Source: Mustelus asterias
Taxonomy: Eukaryota
Assembly: GCF_964213995.1 (NCBI RefSeq)
Contig: NC_135818.1
Coordinates: 45,694,001-45,758,000, forward strand
DNA length: 64,000 nucleotides
Direction of reading: 5' to 3'
Below are positions 1 to 11,766 of the stretch, in pieces. The notes below the pieces were generated by a model. That model was not told the origin of the DNA, did not search any database, and saw only the letters and a program-made list of their open reading frames with translations. The stretch's first letter is position 1, and each line of letters opens with the position of its first letter. The translations under genes and the position numbers were made by a program.

Positions 1-450
1 CGAGCCGTAACAAATGCTCAAAAAGCTAAAATTGCATTTGCCTCTGTAAAATGGAAATGGGAAAAATGACAGATACTGTGTTCTTTTCAGGAAGCCAGTT
101 GGTGAAAGAAAGTACTGGAACTAATTTTCAGTCTCACACTCATTTACAGAGTTAAATACAAATTCCTAACTCAACTACCCTACAATTTTACTAAGTGTAT
201 CTTTGAATGTGCCCAAGTGACGTCACAATTAATGCCTACCACCTACATATAATTAAATATATTTAATAATTAACACCATAATATAGTTGTTTTTATCTGT
301 ATGGGTGTACACTGGAGCACTGTATGGAGCTCTCACCTGTTGAAAATATTTTATGTTCAACTCGTACTTACGTTGACGGCAGTAAATAAATTAATATAAC
401 CAAAAAGTAAGCAAATCAACGTAACATTTTATTGAAAATCATATACTTAC

Positions 451-657
451 AAAGGGAATACAGCTTCCTGTGTACAATGCAATGTGTTGATATAATCGGG
501 ACTTGGATTATAAAGCATTGTATACCAGTCTGAAAGCATCTTCACATGGCAGGATCGGATTTTTAGCTGTCCCATTGGATCATTCACCAACAATGTAACA
601 ATAGCTGCAACAGTACATTCCAATAAGGCTGTCACATGCTGAAAAAGTGCACTGGAA
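451..657 (-). CDS. JKAMP: JKAMP coding exon 4 (gene continues beyond the left edge)
   Basis: Translates as SSSALFQHVTALLECTVAAIVTLLVNDPMGQLKIRSCHVKMLSDWYTMLYNPSPDYINTLHCTQEAVFPL, recognisably JKAMP. Acceptor tttttttctatag and donor gtaagt; phase 2 at both ends. Confidence 0.95.
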
Positions 658-914
658 CTATAGAAAAAAAAAGTATCAGTAATTGTTAAGATGAACTTCA
701 GTCTTTTCCTTGAAATACTGACAATAGATTTCACTTGCACCGTTATGGAGGAAATGCAAAGAAGGGAAAAAACCAAAAAAAGAGGCTTTTCTCATTAGGA
801 TGACGGGGATTTGGGGTGATTTAAAATTATGAAGGAATGCGATGGAGCTGATAGAAGCAGGCTTTTCACTGTGATAGGGGGAGATCTAGACCTCAGAAAA
901 TAGCAGATGTACAC

Positions 915-1170
915 AGCAAGAGGAGCAACCCAAGATAAAATACTGGAGGGGACATAGGGGAGATTGAGAGGACCAAACCTGGATAAATCATGGACTGAGA
1001 GTGGACCAGCGAGAGAAATGACCCTGGATGAAATGAGGAGTGAGAGCAGACCAGCGGGAGAGCGAGGGGAATGACCCAGATAAAACAAGGAGTGAGAGTG
1101 GACCAGTGGGAAAGCAAGAAGAGCAACTCGAGATAAAACAAAGACCATAAGCAGAGAGGCAAGAGAGTAA
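915..1170 (+). repeat. Degenerate purine-rich ~50-bp tandem repeat
   Basis: About five units resembling gacccagataaaacaaggagtgagagtggaccagtggga; resumes at 3061-3235. Confidence 0.55.
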
Positions 1171-3060
1171 GAGGGGTCATAGAGTCGTACAGCGCAGGAA
1201 AGGCCCTTAGGCCCATCACAGTCCAAAGATGTGCGGGTTAGGTTGATTGGCCAGGTTAAAAATTGCCCCTTAGAGTCCTGAGATGCGTAGGTTAGAGGGA
1301 TTAGTGGGTAAATATGTGGGGGTAGGGCCTGGGTGGGATTGTGGTCAGTGCAGACTCGATGGGCCGAATGGCCTCCTTCTGCACTGTAGGGTTTCTATGA
1401 TTTCTATGATTTGCATCGACAATAACTACCACTAAAGCCATGCTAATCCCATTTTCCAGCACTTGTCCCATATCCCTGAATGTTATGATATTTCAAGTGC
1501 TCATCCAAATACCATTTAAAGGTTCTAAGTTTTCCAGACTCCATTGCCTTTCCAGGCATCCCAGATTCCCAGCACCCTGAGTAAATCTTTTTCCCAAATC
1601 CCCATTGAATCTCCTCACCCTAAAACTATGCCCCCTCATGATTGACCCCTCAACCAAGGGGAATAGTGCTTCCTATTCACCCTGTCTATACCCCTCATAA
1701 TCTTATACACCTCAATCATGTCCCCTCTCAATCTTCTCTAAATAAAACAATCCAATCCTAATCAGTCTCTCCTTATAGCTCAAATGCTCCATCCCAGGCA
1801 ACATCTTGGTGAATCTCCTCTGTATCCCCTCTTGTGCAATCACATCATTCCTATAGCGAGGTGACCAGAACTACACACAGTACTCCAGTCGTGGGCGAGC
1901 TAACATTCTGTACAACTCCAACATAACATCCTTGCATTTATACTCTACGTCATGACTGATAAAAGGAAGTGTCCCATATGCCTTCTTAACTACCCTAGTC
2001 ACCTGCCCTGATACCTTCAAGGATCTGTGAATAGATACCCCACGATCTGAGCTTCCGAGTGTCCTGCCAGTCATTAAATACTCCCTTGTCTTATTACTTC
2101 TTCCAAAATGTATCACCTCACACTTATCAGGGTTAAATACCATTTGCCACTGCTCTACCCATCTGACAAACTTATCGATATCTTCACTATTAACTACTCT
2201 ACCAATCTTGGTGTCATCTGCAAACTTACTTATCATTTCCCCCCCACATTATGATCGATATCATCCATGTATATAACAAACAATAAGGACCCAGCACTGA
2301 ACCTTGTGGTATACCTCCAGTCACTCAAACAGCCTTCTACCACCGGCCTTTATGTCCTATTCCTAAGCCAGTTTTGGATCCATTTCGCCAAGTTTCCCTG
2401 AATTCCATGTGCCTCAACCTTCTCAATCAGTCTCCTGTGTGGGACCCTGTCAAAGGCTTTGCTAAAATCTTTCTGCTAAACTACATCGACTGCACTTCTC
2501 TCATCCACATATTTAATTACTTTTTGAAAAATTCTATTTGTTAGGCATGTCTTCCCTCTGACAAAGCCATGTTGACTATTCCCAATCAAGCCTATGCATT
2601 TCCAAATGGAGATTAATTCTCTTCTTCACAAGTTTCTCCAATAATTTGCCTACCATTGACATGAGATTCACTGGTCTGTAATTCCCTGGTTCATTTCTAC
2701 CACCCTTCTTGAAAAGGAGAATCACATTAGCCATCCTCCAATCCTCTGGCACTTCCCCGGTAGCCAGAAAGGAATTAAAAATTTGTGTCTGAGCCCCCGC
2801 AATTTCCTTCTTCACCTCCCACAGAGCCTGGGATGCAATTCATCTGGACTGAGGGATATGTCCATTTTTAAGCCCATCAAAGCCTAGCCTCCAATACCTC
2901 CTCACTTCTTATTTCAAACTGCTCAAGGTCTTCACAGTCCTTCTTCCTGAATTCTATACCTATGTTCTTCTTTACCTGAGTGAAGACCAATGAGAAATAT
3001 TCATGTAACACCCTTCCAATGTCTGCGGCTTCACAGACAGATTGCCCCTTTGATCCTACT
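1170..3060 (-). mobile_element. Degraded CR1 LINE with a V-SINE (1219-1410) in its tail
   Basis: ORF fragments [11 protein letters not shown]...RPRLEYCV and VPEDWRMANV...NYRPVNL. Confidence 0.85.
1219..1410 (+). mobile_element. HE1-type V-SINE, 5'-truncated
   Basis: cagtccaaagatgtgcgggttagg...ccttctgcactgtagggtttctatgatttctatg. Confidence 0.85.
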
Positions 3061-3299
3061 GACCCTGGACAAAACAAGTGAGAGAATGAATCATCGAGAG
3101 AAGCAACCCAGAATAAACCAAGTACTGAGGGTAGACCACTGGGAGAATGAGATGCGCGACCCACGTTAAGCCTAGGTGTGGAAGTGGACCTGTGGGAGAG
3201 GGATGGAAAAAGCAGCTTGGCCCAGAAGATCAAGGGGTACAATGAGTATGGATAGGGATTAAGAATAATTAAGATCAGAAATCCGGTGGGAGTAGTTTA

Positions 3300-5620
3300 A
3301 ATTAATTATCAATTATACCACATAATTGGGGATAATTGGAGCTTTTAACAAAGGCAATGAAATTATCACAGGGCTCTTAAATCTTCAAAAAGGCAAACAC
3401 AGTCTGGAAGATAAATTGGTGGAAAGCTATTGTTACAGTTGCCTAGAACAATGCAGTGTGGAAGCATCTAGGATACACAGGATATACAGCACAGGAGCAG
3501 GCCATTCAACATAGCCCATCCATGGCAGTGTTTATACTGCACTCCAGCCGTGTCTCATCTTTCCTAATCTAAATTTACCATCGTAACCATGAATATAATT
3601 CTCAAATGCATCTGTTCAATCCAAGCACTCCCAGTAGTAGCGAGTTCCACAGTGTTGAAAAATACTTGAAAAGTTAACTGGATTGAAGGTTGATAAATCT
3701 CCTGGATTAGGTGAACTACATTCCAGAATGTTAAAGGAGATTGCTATACAGACAGTGGATGCGTTGGTGGTAATCTTTCAAAATTCTATAGATTCTAAAG
3801 GGAGTCCTGCAGACTGGAAAGTAGCAAATGTAACTCCAGTATTTAAGAAGGGAGGGGGAATAGAGAAATATAGACTTGTTAGTTTGACATCAATAGTAGG
3901 GAAAATGTTAGAATCTATTATAAAGGATGTGATAAAAGGACATTTTGAAAACAATGGTATAATCAACATGGATTTATGGAAAGGAAATCATGTTTTATGA
4001 ACCTTTTGGAAGTTATTTGAGTCTATTACTTGTAGCATAGGTAAAGAAGAATGAGTGAATGTGGTGTATTTGGATTTTCTGAAGGCTTTTATAGGGTCTC
4101 ACACAGGAGGTTGGTAAACAGAATTAGAGCATATGGGATTAGAGGTAATATACCACAATGGATTAAGAATTAGTTAACAGACAGAAAGCAGAGAGAAGGA
4201 ATAAATGGGTCATTCTCAGGACAGCAAGCTGTTACTCAAGGGGTACCACAAAGATCAGTGCTAGGGCCACATCTATTCACAATCTATATAAATTTAGATG
4301 TGGGACCGTTTGTAATGTTTCAAAATCTGCTGATGAAACAAAACTAGATGGAAATGTAAGCTGGGAGCAAGATGCAACGAAGCTTTAAGCTTTGGACCGT
4401 CTAATGAGCAAAAACGTGGCAGTTGGAATATAACGTAAGTGTAAAGTTAGTCACTTTTGTAGAAAACACAAAGTCAGAATATTTCTTGAATGGTGGGAGG
4501 TTGGCAAGTGTTGGTGTCCAAAAAGTGTCCTTGTTCATGAGTCACTAGGGGGATTTGATTACAGAAGTTAAGGTGTCTTGCTGAAATCATAGAACCTTGG
4601 TGAGAGCACACCAGGAGTGTTGTGTACAGTATTGGTCTCCTTATCTAAGAAAGGAGATACCGGCCACAGAAGGACTGCAACAAAGCTTCATCAGACTAAT
4701 CTCTGGGATGTCAAGATTGTCTCACGAGAAGAGATTGAGGAAACTGGGCCTGTATTCTCTACAGTTTCAAAGAATGAGGGGTGATCTCATTGAAACATAC
4801 AGAGTGTGACATAGTAGGTACAGATAGGAGGTTTCTCTTGCTGATCAATCTAGAGCCAGGGGATACAGTCTCAGAATAAGGACAGGCCATTTAAGATTGA
4901 GATTAACTGGAATCTCTTTACTCAGAGGGTGGTGAATCTTTGGAACTTTTTACCTCAGTTGGGTGTGAAAGCTCAATCATTTGAGCAAGTTCAAGACAGA
5001 AATCAATCGACAGATTTCTATAGACTAATGCCATTAAAGGATAGCACAGGAAAATGGCACAGAGGTAGACAATCTGCCATGATCTAATTGAATAGTGGAG
5101 CAAGCTCGCCAGGCTGACTGACCTTTTGTTCCGATGTTCCTAATTGTATAGTATTGCATCCTATTCTGGTCACCACATTTTCGGGGGTGAGGGTGTAGTG
5201 AGGTTGCAGAGATTTACCAGAATGGTTTCGGGAATTAGGAACTTTAGCTTCAGGTTTGTTTGGACAAGCTGGGATTATTTGTCCTTAGAGCAAAGGCGGT
5301 TGAGGGGAGATTTTAGAGGTAAAGAAAATTACTACAGATTTAGATAAGGTAGACAAAGAAAAGCTGTTCCGATTAGCTGATATTATAAGGACAAGGGACA
5401 CAGATTTAAGGTTTTGGGCAAGCAATACGAGGGGGAGTGTGAGGAAGAACTCTTTTTTTTATGCAGCACATAGTAGTGATCTGGAACCTGCTGCCTATGA
5501 GAGTGATGGCAGTGGAGATGATCACAGACTTAGGGAACAGGTTTACAGGAGTGGGATTATCTGAACTGCTCAACAGAGAACTAGTATTGACTTGATGGGC
5601 CTCCTCTGCGCTGTTATGAC
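3300..5620 (+). mobile_element. Degraded CR1 LINE fragments
   Basis: KSPGLGELHSRMLKE...WKVANVTPVFKKG...YRLVSLTS, VQYWSPYLRK and SLEQRRLRGD. Confidence 0.85.
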
Positions 5621-6029
5621 TCAATTATGAATTACATGATGTATTGCTCCAGTCAACTTAAAACAATACATCATCTGACTTATCAGCCATTCCCAGCTCA
5701 CAAGTCAAAAAAATTCAATATTCACCAAACTAAAGCAATTGCATTTAAAATTATAACAAATGTTGTTGTAAAGCAGATCAGTAACAATGCAACAGCATTT
5801 TCAAGTTTAAGGAAATAAATAGTTGCACAGTGCCTGCCAGAAACTGAATTAAGATTGCTCAATCTTAGCCCCTTGCATCAACCAAAGTTGATTTTACCCC
5901 CTTATTCTCTGCTAATCTATCTCCTACAGGTGAAAGTCCAATGTTTAACCTCCTGTGACACCTACACATCCAAAAGGCAAAATATTGTAACAACAACATT
6001 TATGTTTATGTTTCTCAAATAATACTAAC

Positions 6030-6184
6030 CTCTTTTTGCCTGAATACCATTCAATAAAGAACCAATGCAAAACCAGAGGTAGCATTGCCATGAAGCCAAG
6101 ATACAGCCAGTCATATAGCTCTGGTGAATCCTCACATTTACGACAAATCTTCACAGCATCCGTTCTTTCCCCTCTTGGGCATAC
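6030..6184 (-). CDS. JKAMP: JKAMP coding exon 3
   Basis: VCPRGERTDAVKICRKCEDSPELYDWLYLGFMAMLPLVLHWFFIEWYSGKK. Acceptor ctgcag, donor gttagt; 155 nt, phase 0 to 2. Confidence 0.95.
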
Positions 6185-7514
6185 CTGCAGAGGATTTTTT
6201 AAGTTATATTAAATATTTAGGTTGCCAACTCTTCCAGTTTTAATACATGTAAATACATTTACAACATTTGTTTTAATTGGAAAGATATTGCAAATTCCCA
6301 ACTGTTAGCATTCGTAATAACTAGAGTTTAATCTCTTCAATCTCAATTTCTAAAATGATTTGAAGTGACAATGCTTATTGGTGACAGTAGTTATATTTAA
6401 TTTAGTATAAGTAAGACTTAACACATATTCATATTTGAGTAAAAGGATTAAAGTACAACAGCATTATCATTATAACCTAGGTAAAAACGGGATCTCCCGG
6501 TAACTACTCCCTAGGGTTGCCCCAGATACCGTCATGCCAGTCAATACGACACACAATATCTTGGAACTATATCATCATTCCTTCACTGTTGCTGGATCAA
6601 AATTCTGGAACTCCCTTCCAAGAACACTGAGTATTCCTACAACAAATCAACTACAGTGGTTCAAAAAGGCAGCATACCATCACCTTCTCTAAGGCAATTA
6701 AGAATGGACAATAAATGCTGGCCTAGCCAGCGATGCCCATATTCCGTGAACAAATAAACCTCTGTAATCTATGTGCTCAGGGAATCTCCTCTTATTCATT
6801 CTTTACACAGCAAAGAGACCAATTTAACACAATCATTATCTATTATTTGAATAGTCATTAAGTAAGGATGTCATTTGCCCATCTGCCCACTCAAGCCAAG
6901 TCAGACTTTAAAGATGTCTGACCTCCCGCACTCAAGACGCCTGTCAGTTTATAAACATTTCAATGCTGCACCCTGGTCAAAGCAAGGAAAACATAGTGGC
7001 CTTGATGCTCAATTTTGTCTCAGCTCTCCCCATATCTGGGTCTCAGAGTTTCTGCAAATATATTTTTCTTAGGTTTCATGCAGCAGCCTATCTGTTTTCG
7101 TGCTCCGCTAGATTTCTGCAGAAGTTTACCTTTTCACAATTTGATCAATGAAAGCCCAAACCACAATTGTCATCATATAACCCAACAGTTCCTTTCACCC
7201 AGGGTGTATTACAAGCAAGAATAAAATAGTTCAGTGTAAGATTAAGTATAACAATGAAATGCAAAAATGTACAGCATTGTATTAATATGGTGTATTGAAG
7301 CTATTTTTCATGAATTAGCAAAAGAAAAACCATCACAGGGATTTCCCAGGATTATTAGACAGTGACGTGGAGGATGAAACAAAAATCAAGCTGGAGTTTG
7401 AAATTAGATCAGAATGTAGTGAAGTAACAAAACAACACACAATTAATTTGTTTCTGAACTCAAACTACGAATCCTTCCATTTCACCAAAATCAGAGCCTG
7501 ACATCGCCTTGAAT

Positions 7515-7950
7515 ACTAAAAGAGAAAAATGTTGGAAAATCTCAGCAGGTCTGGCAGCATCTGTAAAGAAAGAAAAGAGCTGACGCTTCGAGTTTTGAAA
7601 CATCAGCTCTTTTCTCTCCTTACAGATGCTGCCCTCTTTTTAGGTCAAACCAAATAAACAAACTCAGATTAAGTCAGGACAAAGTAAAAGGGGCAGCTCC
7701 CCAAAAGGAGGGGGAACAGCCCGAACAGAAATCAAAGTACAAAGGAAACTTAAAAACATCAAATTAAAATGTGATTGTCAGGGTCAATAACGCACCCCAA
7801 CCCCTGCGGTGCCCAGCGGGCGCAGAAGGCGTCAACCGCACCCATGGACACCGCATGCTCCCTCTCCAGGGACACCAGACCGGCTGAGATTTTCCAGCAT
7901 TTTCTCTTTTGGTTTCAGATTCCAGCATCCACAGCAATTTGCTTTTATCA
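7515..7950. mobile_element. Inverted pair of Penelope-type terminal-repeat fragments, interrupted by a Tx1-like 3' end
   Basis: Arms 7553-7590 and 7596-7633 are reverse complements (33/38). The right arm resumes at ~7876. Confidence 0.65.
7634..7875 (-). mobile_element. 5'-truncated Tx1/L1-clade LINE 3' end
   Basis: Minus strand encodes VSLEREHAVSMGAVDAFCARWAPQGLGCVIDPDNHILI-stop, followed by a T-rich 3' UTR and an A-rich end; resembles Tx1-clade ORF2 C-termini. Confidence 0.55.
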
Positions 7951-8565
7951 CCTTGAATACTTGTAGTTTGAGTCCAGAAGCGAATCACTGCCAGGGTATT
8001 CAGTGACTCACATCTAACTCAGTTTCAAATTCCAGGATGAATTATTTCTCATTCAAATCAGGTAATCTACAAGCCTCCTCTGAACATGTAATCATGATCC
8101 TTTAAACACACATGAATAGAGTGTGATTTATATATTGAGTCATAAAATTAAATACTGCAGCACTGCATATTGAATTCTGTGCATAAATTAGCCCAACACT
8201 TCCAACTTGCAAATGTACAGTCAAAGCTAATTACAAAATTTAGGGTCTCTCAAAAGAAAACAATGCATGCCAGAGTCCAAGCATCAAATTTTTATGTCCA
8301 AAGCATGTTTGGAATGAAACATGGATTTAAGATTGTATGATCAATACATGTCCTGCATAATAAACAATCATTCACAGAATAAACTATTGTTATATCTTAA
8401 AGAATATGTGTTATATCCTGGATAAAAAATTGTTGCTTGGGTGGTAGTTCTCATGCAATTACCAAGCGGGGCCAGTGATCTTTAAATACCAGTCCTACAC
8501 TACGATTATTAAGTACTATCAAATTTACTGAATGCAAGAATAGCAAAAAGTGCCAAAGAACTTAC

Positions 8566-8654
8566 CCCACAGTCTCCATACTGTGTCTGACTATCATTTC
8601 TGCTTTCTATTATTGATTTTCCACAGTATAATCCAGGGCACATCAGTTCAACAT
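8566..8654 (-). CDS. JKAMP: JKAMP coding exon 2
   Basis: (D)VELMCPGLYCGKSIIESRNDSQTQYGDCG matches the JKAMP N-terminal CxGLYCGK...YGxCG motif. Acceptor tttcag, donor gtaagt; 89 nt, phase 1 to 0. Confidence 0.93.
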
Positions 8655-9283
8655 CTGAAATCATTAACATTAAAAAAAAGATTGCTTCAACTGTTAAATT
8701 AATTTTACTACAAAGATTGTACAAAAATATTTTTATATATACCATTTATAAATAACTGGACCATCGAAACAGCATTTACTGAGTATAGTATCATGGAACC
8801 ATAGCAACAGTCCATGGCAGTCAAAAGCAAAACAACTCCAGTAACTGCAGTCATATCTGACACAATGGAAGGTTGTCAGAGGGCACTCATCACAGCCCTT
8901 GAAGAGTTTCTCAGGGAGTGTCAATGGTCCAAACAACTACAGATGCTTCAGCAAAGTCTTCCCTCCTTTATAAGGTCAGATTCCACAGTACTCAACTCTA
9001 TTCAGGAAGCATCCCATTCCGGTCTACTTTAGGATCTGGAGAAGATTCAGATTTGGGCTTAGAAATAGCAGATAATATTTGTGCCCACATAAATGCCAGG
9101 CAATAATCTTATCAAAAATACCCAACCATCTCCCCTTGACCTTTATTTTTGGGCTCTCCAATGAGGATCATCATTTACCAGAGGCTAAACAGGACCAGTA
9201 ATATTAACCAAGCAATCTGAGATGAGTGACTCATCCAGACCCATGAAAGCATCTCCACCATTTTAAAAGGTTGATGTCAAGAG

Positions 9284-10082
9284 TGTAACAGTGCTAAGAC
9301 GTCACATTATATCTTTATGAAATATATAAATATCACGGCTACTCTAAAATTTCTAAACCGGGACAAATACTTTTAAAAGGCTGAAGCCATGTCTGCCTTT
9401 AACCTTGAACAAAAGGAGTTTTCTGGCAGCCTCAGAGAAGGTGACACCCCATTATCTTTGAAGACATGCTAACCACCCTGTGACTGCAGAGACCAAATTC
9501 AGAGTGAATTATACAAAGACTATCTACATGTCTTAAGACACTGGAGTCTGCCAGACTGCTCGGGCATAGGCTCCTGCACCCTTCCTTTCAAATTTTTAAT
9601 AGTTGAACGTGAACAATCTCAAGAATATACATTCTTTGCCAAAGCCAAACTAGACAGGTGAGTGAAAAGTGAATTATCCAGCATCAGTCTTCAACCTGCC
9701 GACATCTGTGAAGAAATTCACTACTGGACTTTTGATTCTGAACCCTGGACTCACGTGAAGCAATAATTCTTTATTCTGTGGTCTTTGCCCTGTAAATGTT
9801 TCTTTATATCCCCTCTTTTATTGTACAAGTTAAAAAAGCAACATTGTAACCCTCCTCTCATGTTTGAATGTGTGAATAAACTATCCCAGAGTTTACCTGT
9901 CCCCAGAGTTTACCTGTCTCGAGAATGCTGCAGGGTTAATAGAAATTGAATCACACCAAAACTGAAGAGTTGGGAACTACACTGCTGAAAGGTGAAATTC
10001 AAAATTAAAACACCTTTCCATTTACAGACAGACAGAGGAGAAATCAGAGCTGTTTAAATTAAACCCTCTCCTGTCTGTAACA
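9284..10082 (+). mobile_element. Solo LTR (799 bp) in JKAMP intron 1
   Basis: TGTAACA...TGTAACA termini, 4-bp TSD AGAG (9280-9283, 10083-10086), AATAAA at 9875-9880. It interrupts a CR1-like sequence. Confidence 0.7.
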
Positions 10083-10129
10083 AGAGTGTGATGGAATACA
10101 GACCATTCAGTCAGATGGGTGCACCTGCA

Positions 10130-10420
10130 GCAACTTGTACTTATATGGCACTTTCAATGTAACAAAATATCCTAACGTGCTTTACTGGAGGATAATCAAA
10201 CAAATGTTAAACTGAGCTGTATAAAAAGAGATGTCAGGACATATGAGCAAAGCTTGATCAAAAAAGTTTTAAATAGCATCTTCAAGGAGGAGAGCATAGA
10301 GAGGCTTAGGGAGAGAATTCCAGAGCTTCGAGCCTAGGCAACTGAAGGCACATCAATCAATAATGGAGTAAAGAAAATTAAGGATGTGCAAGAGACCAGA
10401 ATTGGAGTACAGAGATGATA
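10130..10420 (-). mobile_element. L2 3' end fragment
   Basis: Minus strand gtgccttcagttgcctagg...ctctggaattctctccct...atataagtacaagttg; same family as 22490-22725 and 58116 onward. Confidence 0.55.
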
Positions 10421-10716
10421 GAGTAAGTAAGTAAGTTAAATTTATTTATTAGTCATAAGTAGGCTTACATTAACACTAATGAAGTTACTGTGAAAATCCC
10501 CTAGTCACCACCGGCACCTGTTCAGGTACACTGAGGGAGAATTTAGCATGGCCAATACACCTAACCAGCATGTCATTCGGACTGTGGGAGGAAAATCCAT
10601 GCAGACACAGTGAAAACGTGCAGTCTCTGCACAGACAGTGGCCCAAGCCAGGAATCAAACCTGGGTCCCTGACGCTATGAGGCAGCAATGTTAATCATTG
10701 TGTCACCGTGCTGTCT
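10421..10716 (-). mobile_element. V-SINE with alternative 3' tail
   Basis: HE1 head and V-domain, but tail ...ctccctcagtgtacctgaacagg...tgtaagcctactt...aataaataaa. Confidence 0.8.
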
Positions 10717-11068
10717 TTAGACAGTCAGGCTAAAAATTGAAAGCTCATGCCTGAGGGTTTCAACACCTGATGAACTGAAGCCAAATTGGCTCTATCCTCT
10801 CTCCACAGATGCTGTCAGACCTGCTGAGATTTTCTAGCATTTTCTGTTTTTTGTTTCAGATTCCAGCATCCAAAGTAATTTGCTTTTATTACAGATATTA
10901 TGACAATGGGTCGGTTAAAAATTCTAATCACATTTTTCACTTATTATTTAATTTAATATTTTAAATGAAATAATAGTTGTGTTTTGATTTATTTTAACCC
11001 CCTGTTGATCCTGGACTCTGTCCTGTTTTCACTCAGTCTGGCCTGAAAGGACATTGTCAGCTCCTTAC

Positions 11069-11072
11069 CCAT
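11069..11072 (-). CDS. JKAMP: JKAMP coding part of exon 1 (ATG G)
   Basis: Minus strand reads ATG G|gtaagg. Phase 1 joins exon 2 to give MDVELMCPGLYCGK, and the site lies in the GC-rich promoter head-to-head with L3HYPDH. Confidence 0.8.
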
Positions 11073-11193
11073 TGCGCTAATCCAGCAGCCGCCATTCCAG
11101 AGTCACCCACTTCCGCTCGCCGCCCACTTCCGGCAGCTTTGACCTTTACCCTTTGCCCCCCGGGGGCTGGCCGGTAGGTCACTGAGATCCCGG
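11073..11193. promoter_or_regulatory. Bidirectional CpG-rich promoter shared by JKAMP and L3HYPDH
   Basis: Only 121 bp separate the divergent ATGs. Contains two ETS/GABP-type CACTTCCG(G) motifs (11108-11115, 11125-11133), a YY1-like GCCGCCATT (11088-11096) and tandem DR1-like half-sites (11140-11159). CpG-rich sequence extends to ~11720. Confidence 0.8.
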
Positions 11194-11677
11194 ATGGAGC
11201 TGCTGTTGAGAGCGCCGCCGGGCCTGGGCTCCCCGCTCTCGGTGCTGGACATGCACACGGGCGGGGAGCCGCTGCGGATCGTCACCGGCGGCTTCCCCCC
11301 GGTGCTGGGGGACGACATCCTGAGCAAGCGGCGCTACGCGCGGGAGCGGCTGGACGGCCTGCGCCGGAGGCTGCTGCTGGAGCCCCGCGGACACTCGGAC
11401 ATGTACGGGGCGCTGCTGGTGGGCTCGGAGCGGCCGGACGCTCACCTCGGGGTCCTCTTCATCCACAACCAGGGCTACAGCACCATGTGCGGCCACGCCG
11501 TCCTGGCGCTCGGCCGCTTCGCCCTGGACTACGGGCTGGTCGCCCAGCCCAGCTCCCCCGAAAGCCAGGTCAACATCCACTGCCCCTGCGGCCTGGTCCG
11601 GACTTTCGTGCAGTACGACCGGGGCAAGAGCGGCCGCGCCCGCTTCCTGAGTGTCCCCGCATTCGTCTTCGCTACAG
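11194..11677 (+). CDS. L3HYPDH: L3HYPDH (proline-racemase family) exon 1
   Basis: Contains DMHTGGEPLRIV, EPRGHSDMYGA and YSTMCGH (catalytic Cys99 at 11488-11490). Donor ACAG|gtggga, phase 1. Confidence 0.96.
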
Positions 11678-11766
11678 GTGGGAGTGAGAGGCCAGCTGGG
11701 CACGGCCTCTGCACCGTGACAGCCTGCAGTCAGCACTTTTTAAAATGTCTTAGAGTGAATCAAATT

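Noticed and set aside
795-1226. Hydrophobic 143-aa and 108-aa minus-strand ORFs resembling membrane proteins
   Set aside because: Artefacts of a purine-rich tandem repeat in JKAMP intron 3.
11179-11736. 185-aa minus-strand ORF and other short ORFs over L3HYPDH exon 1
   Set aside because: Antisense or alternative-frame shadows of a GC-rich coding exon, with no recognisable motifs.
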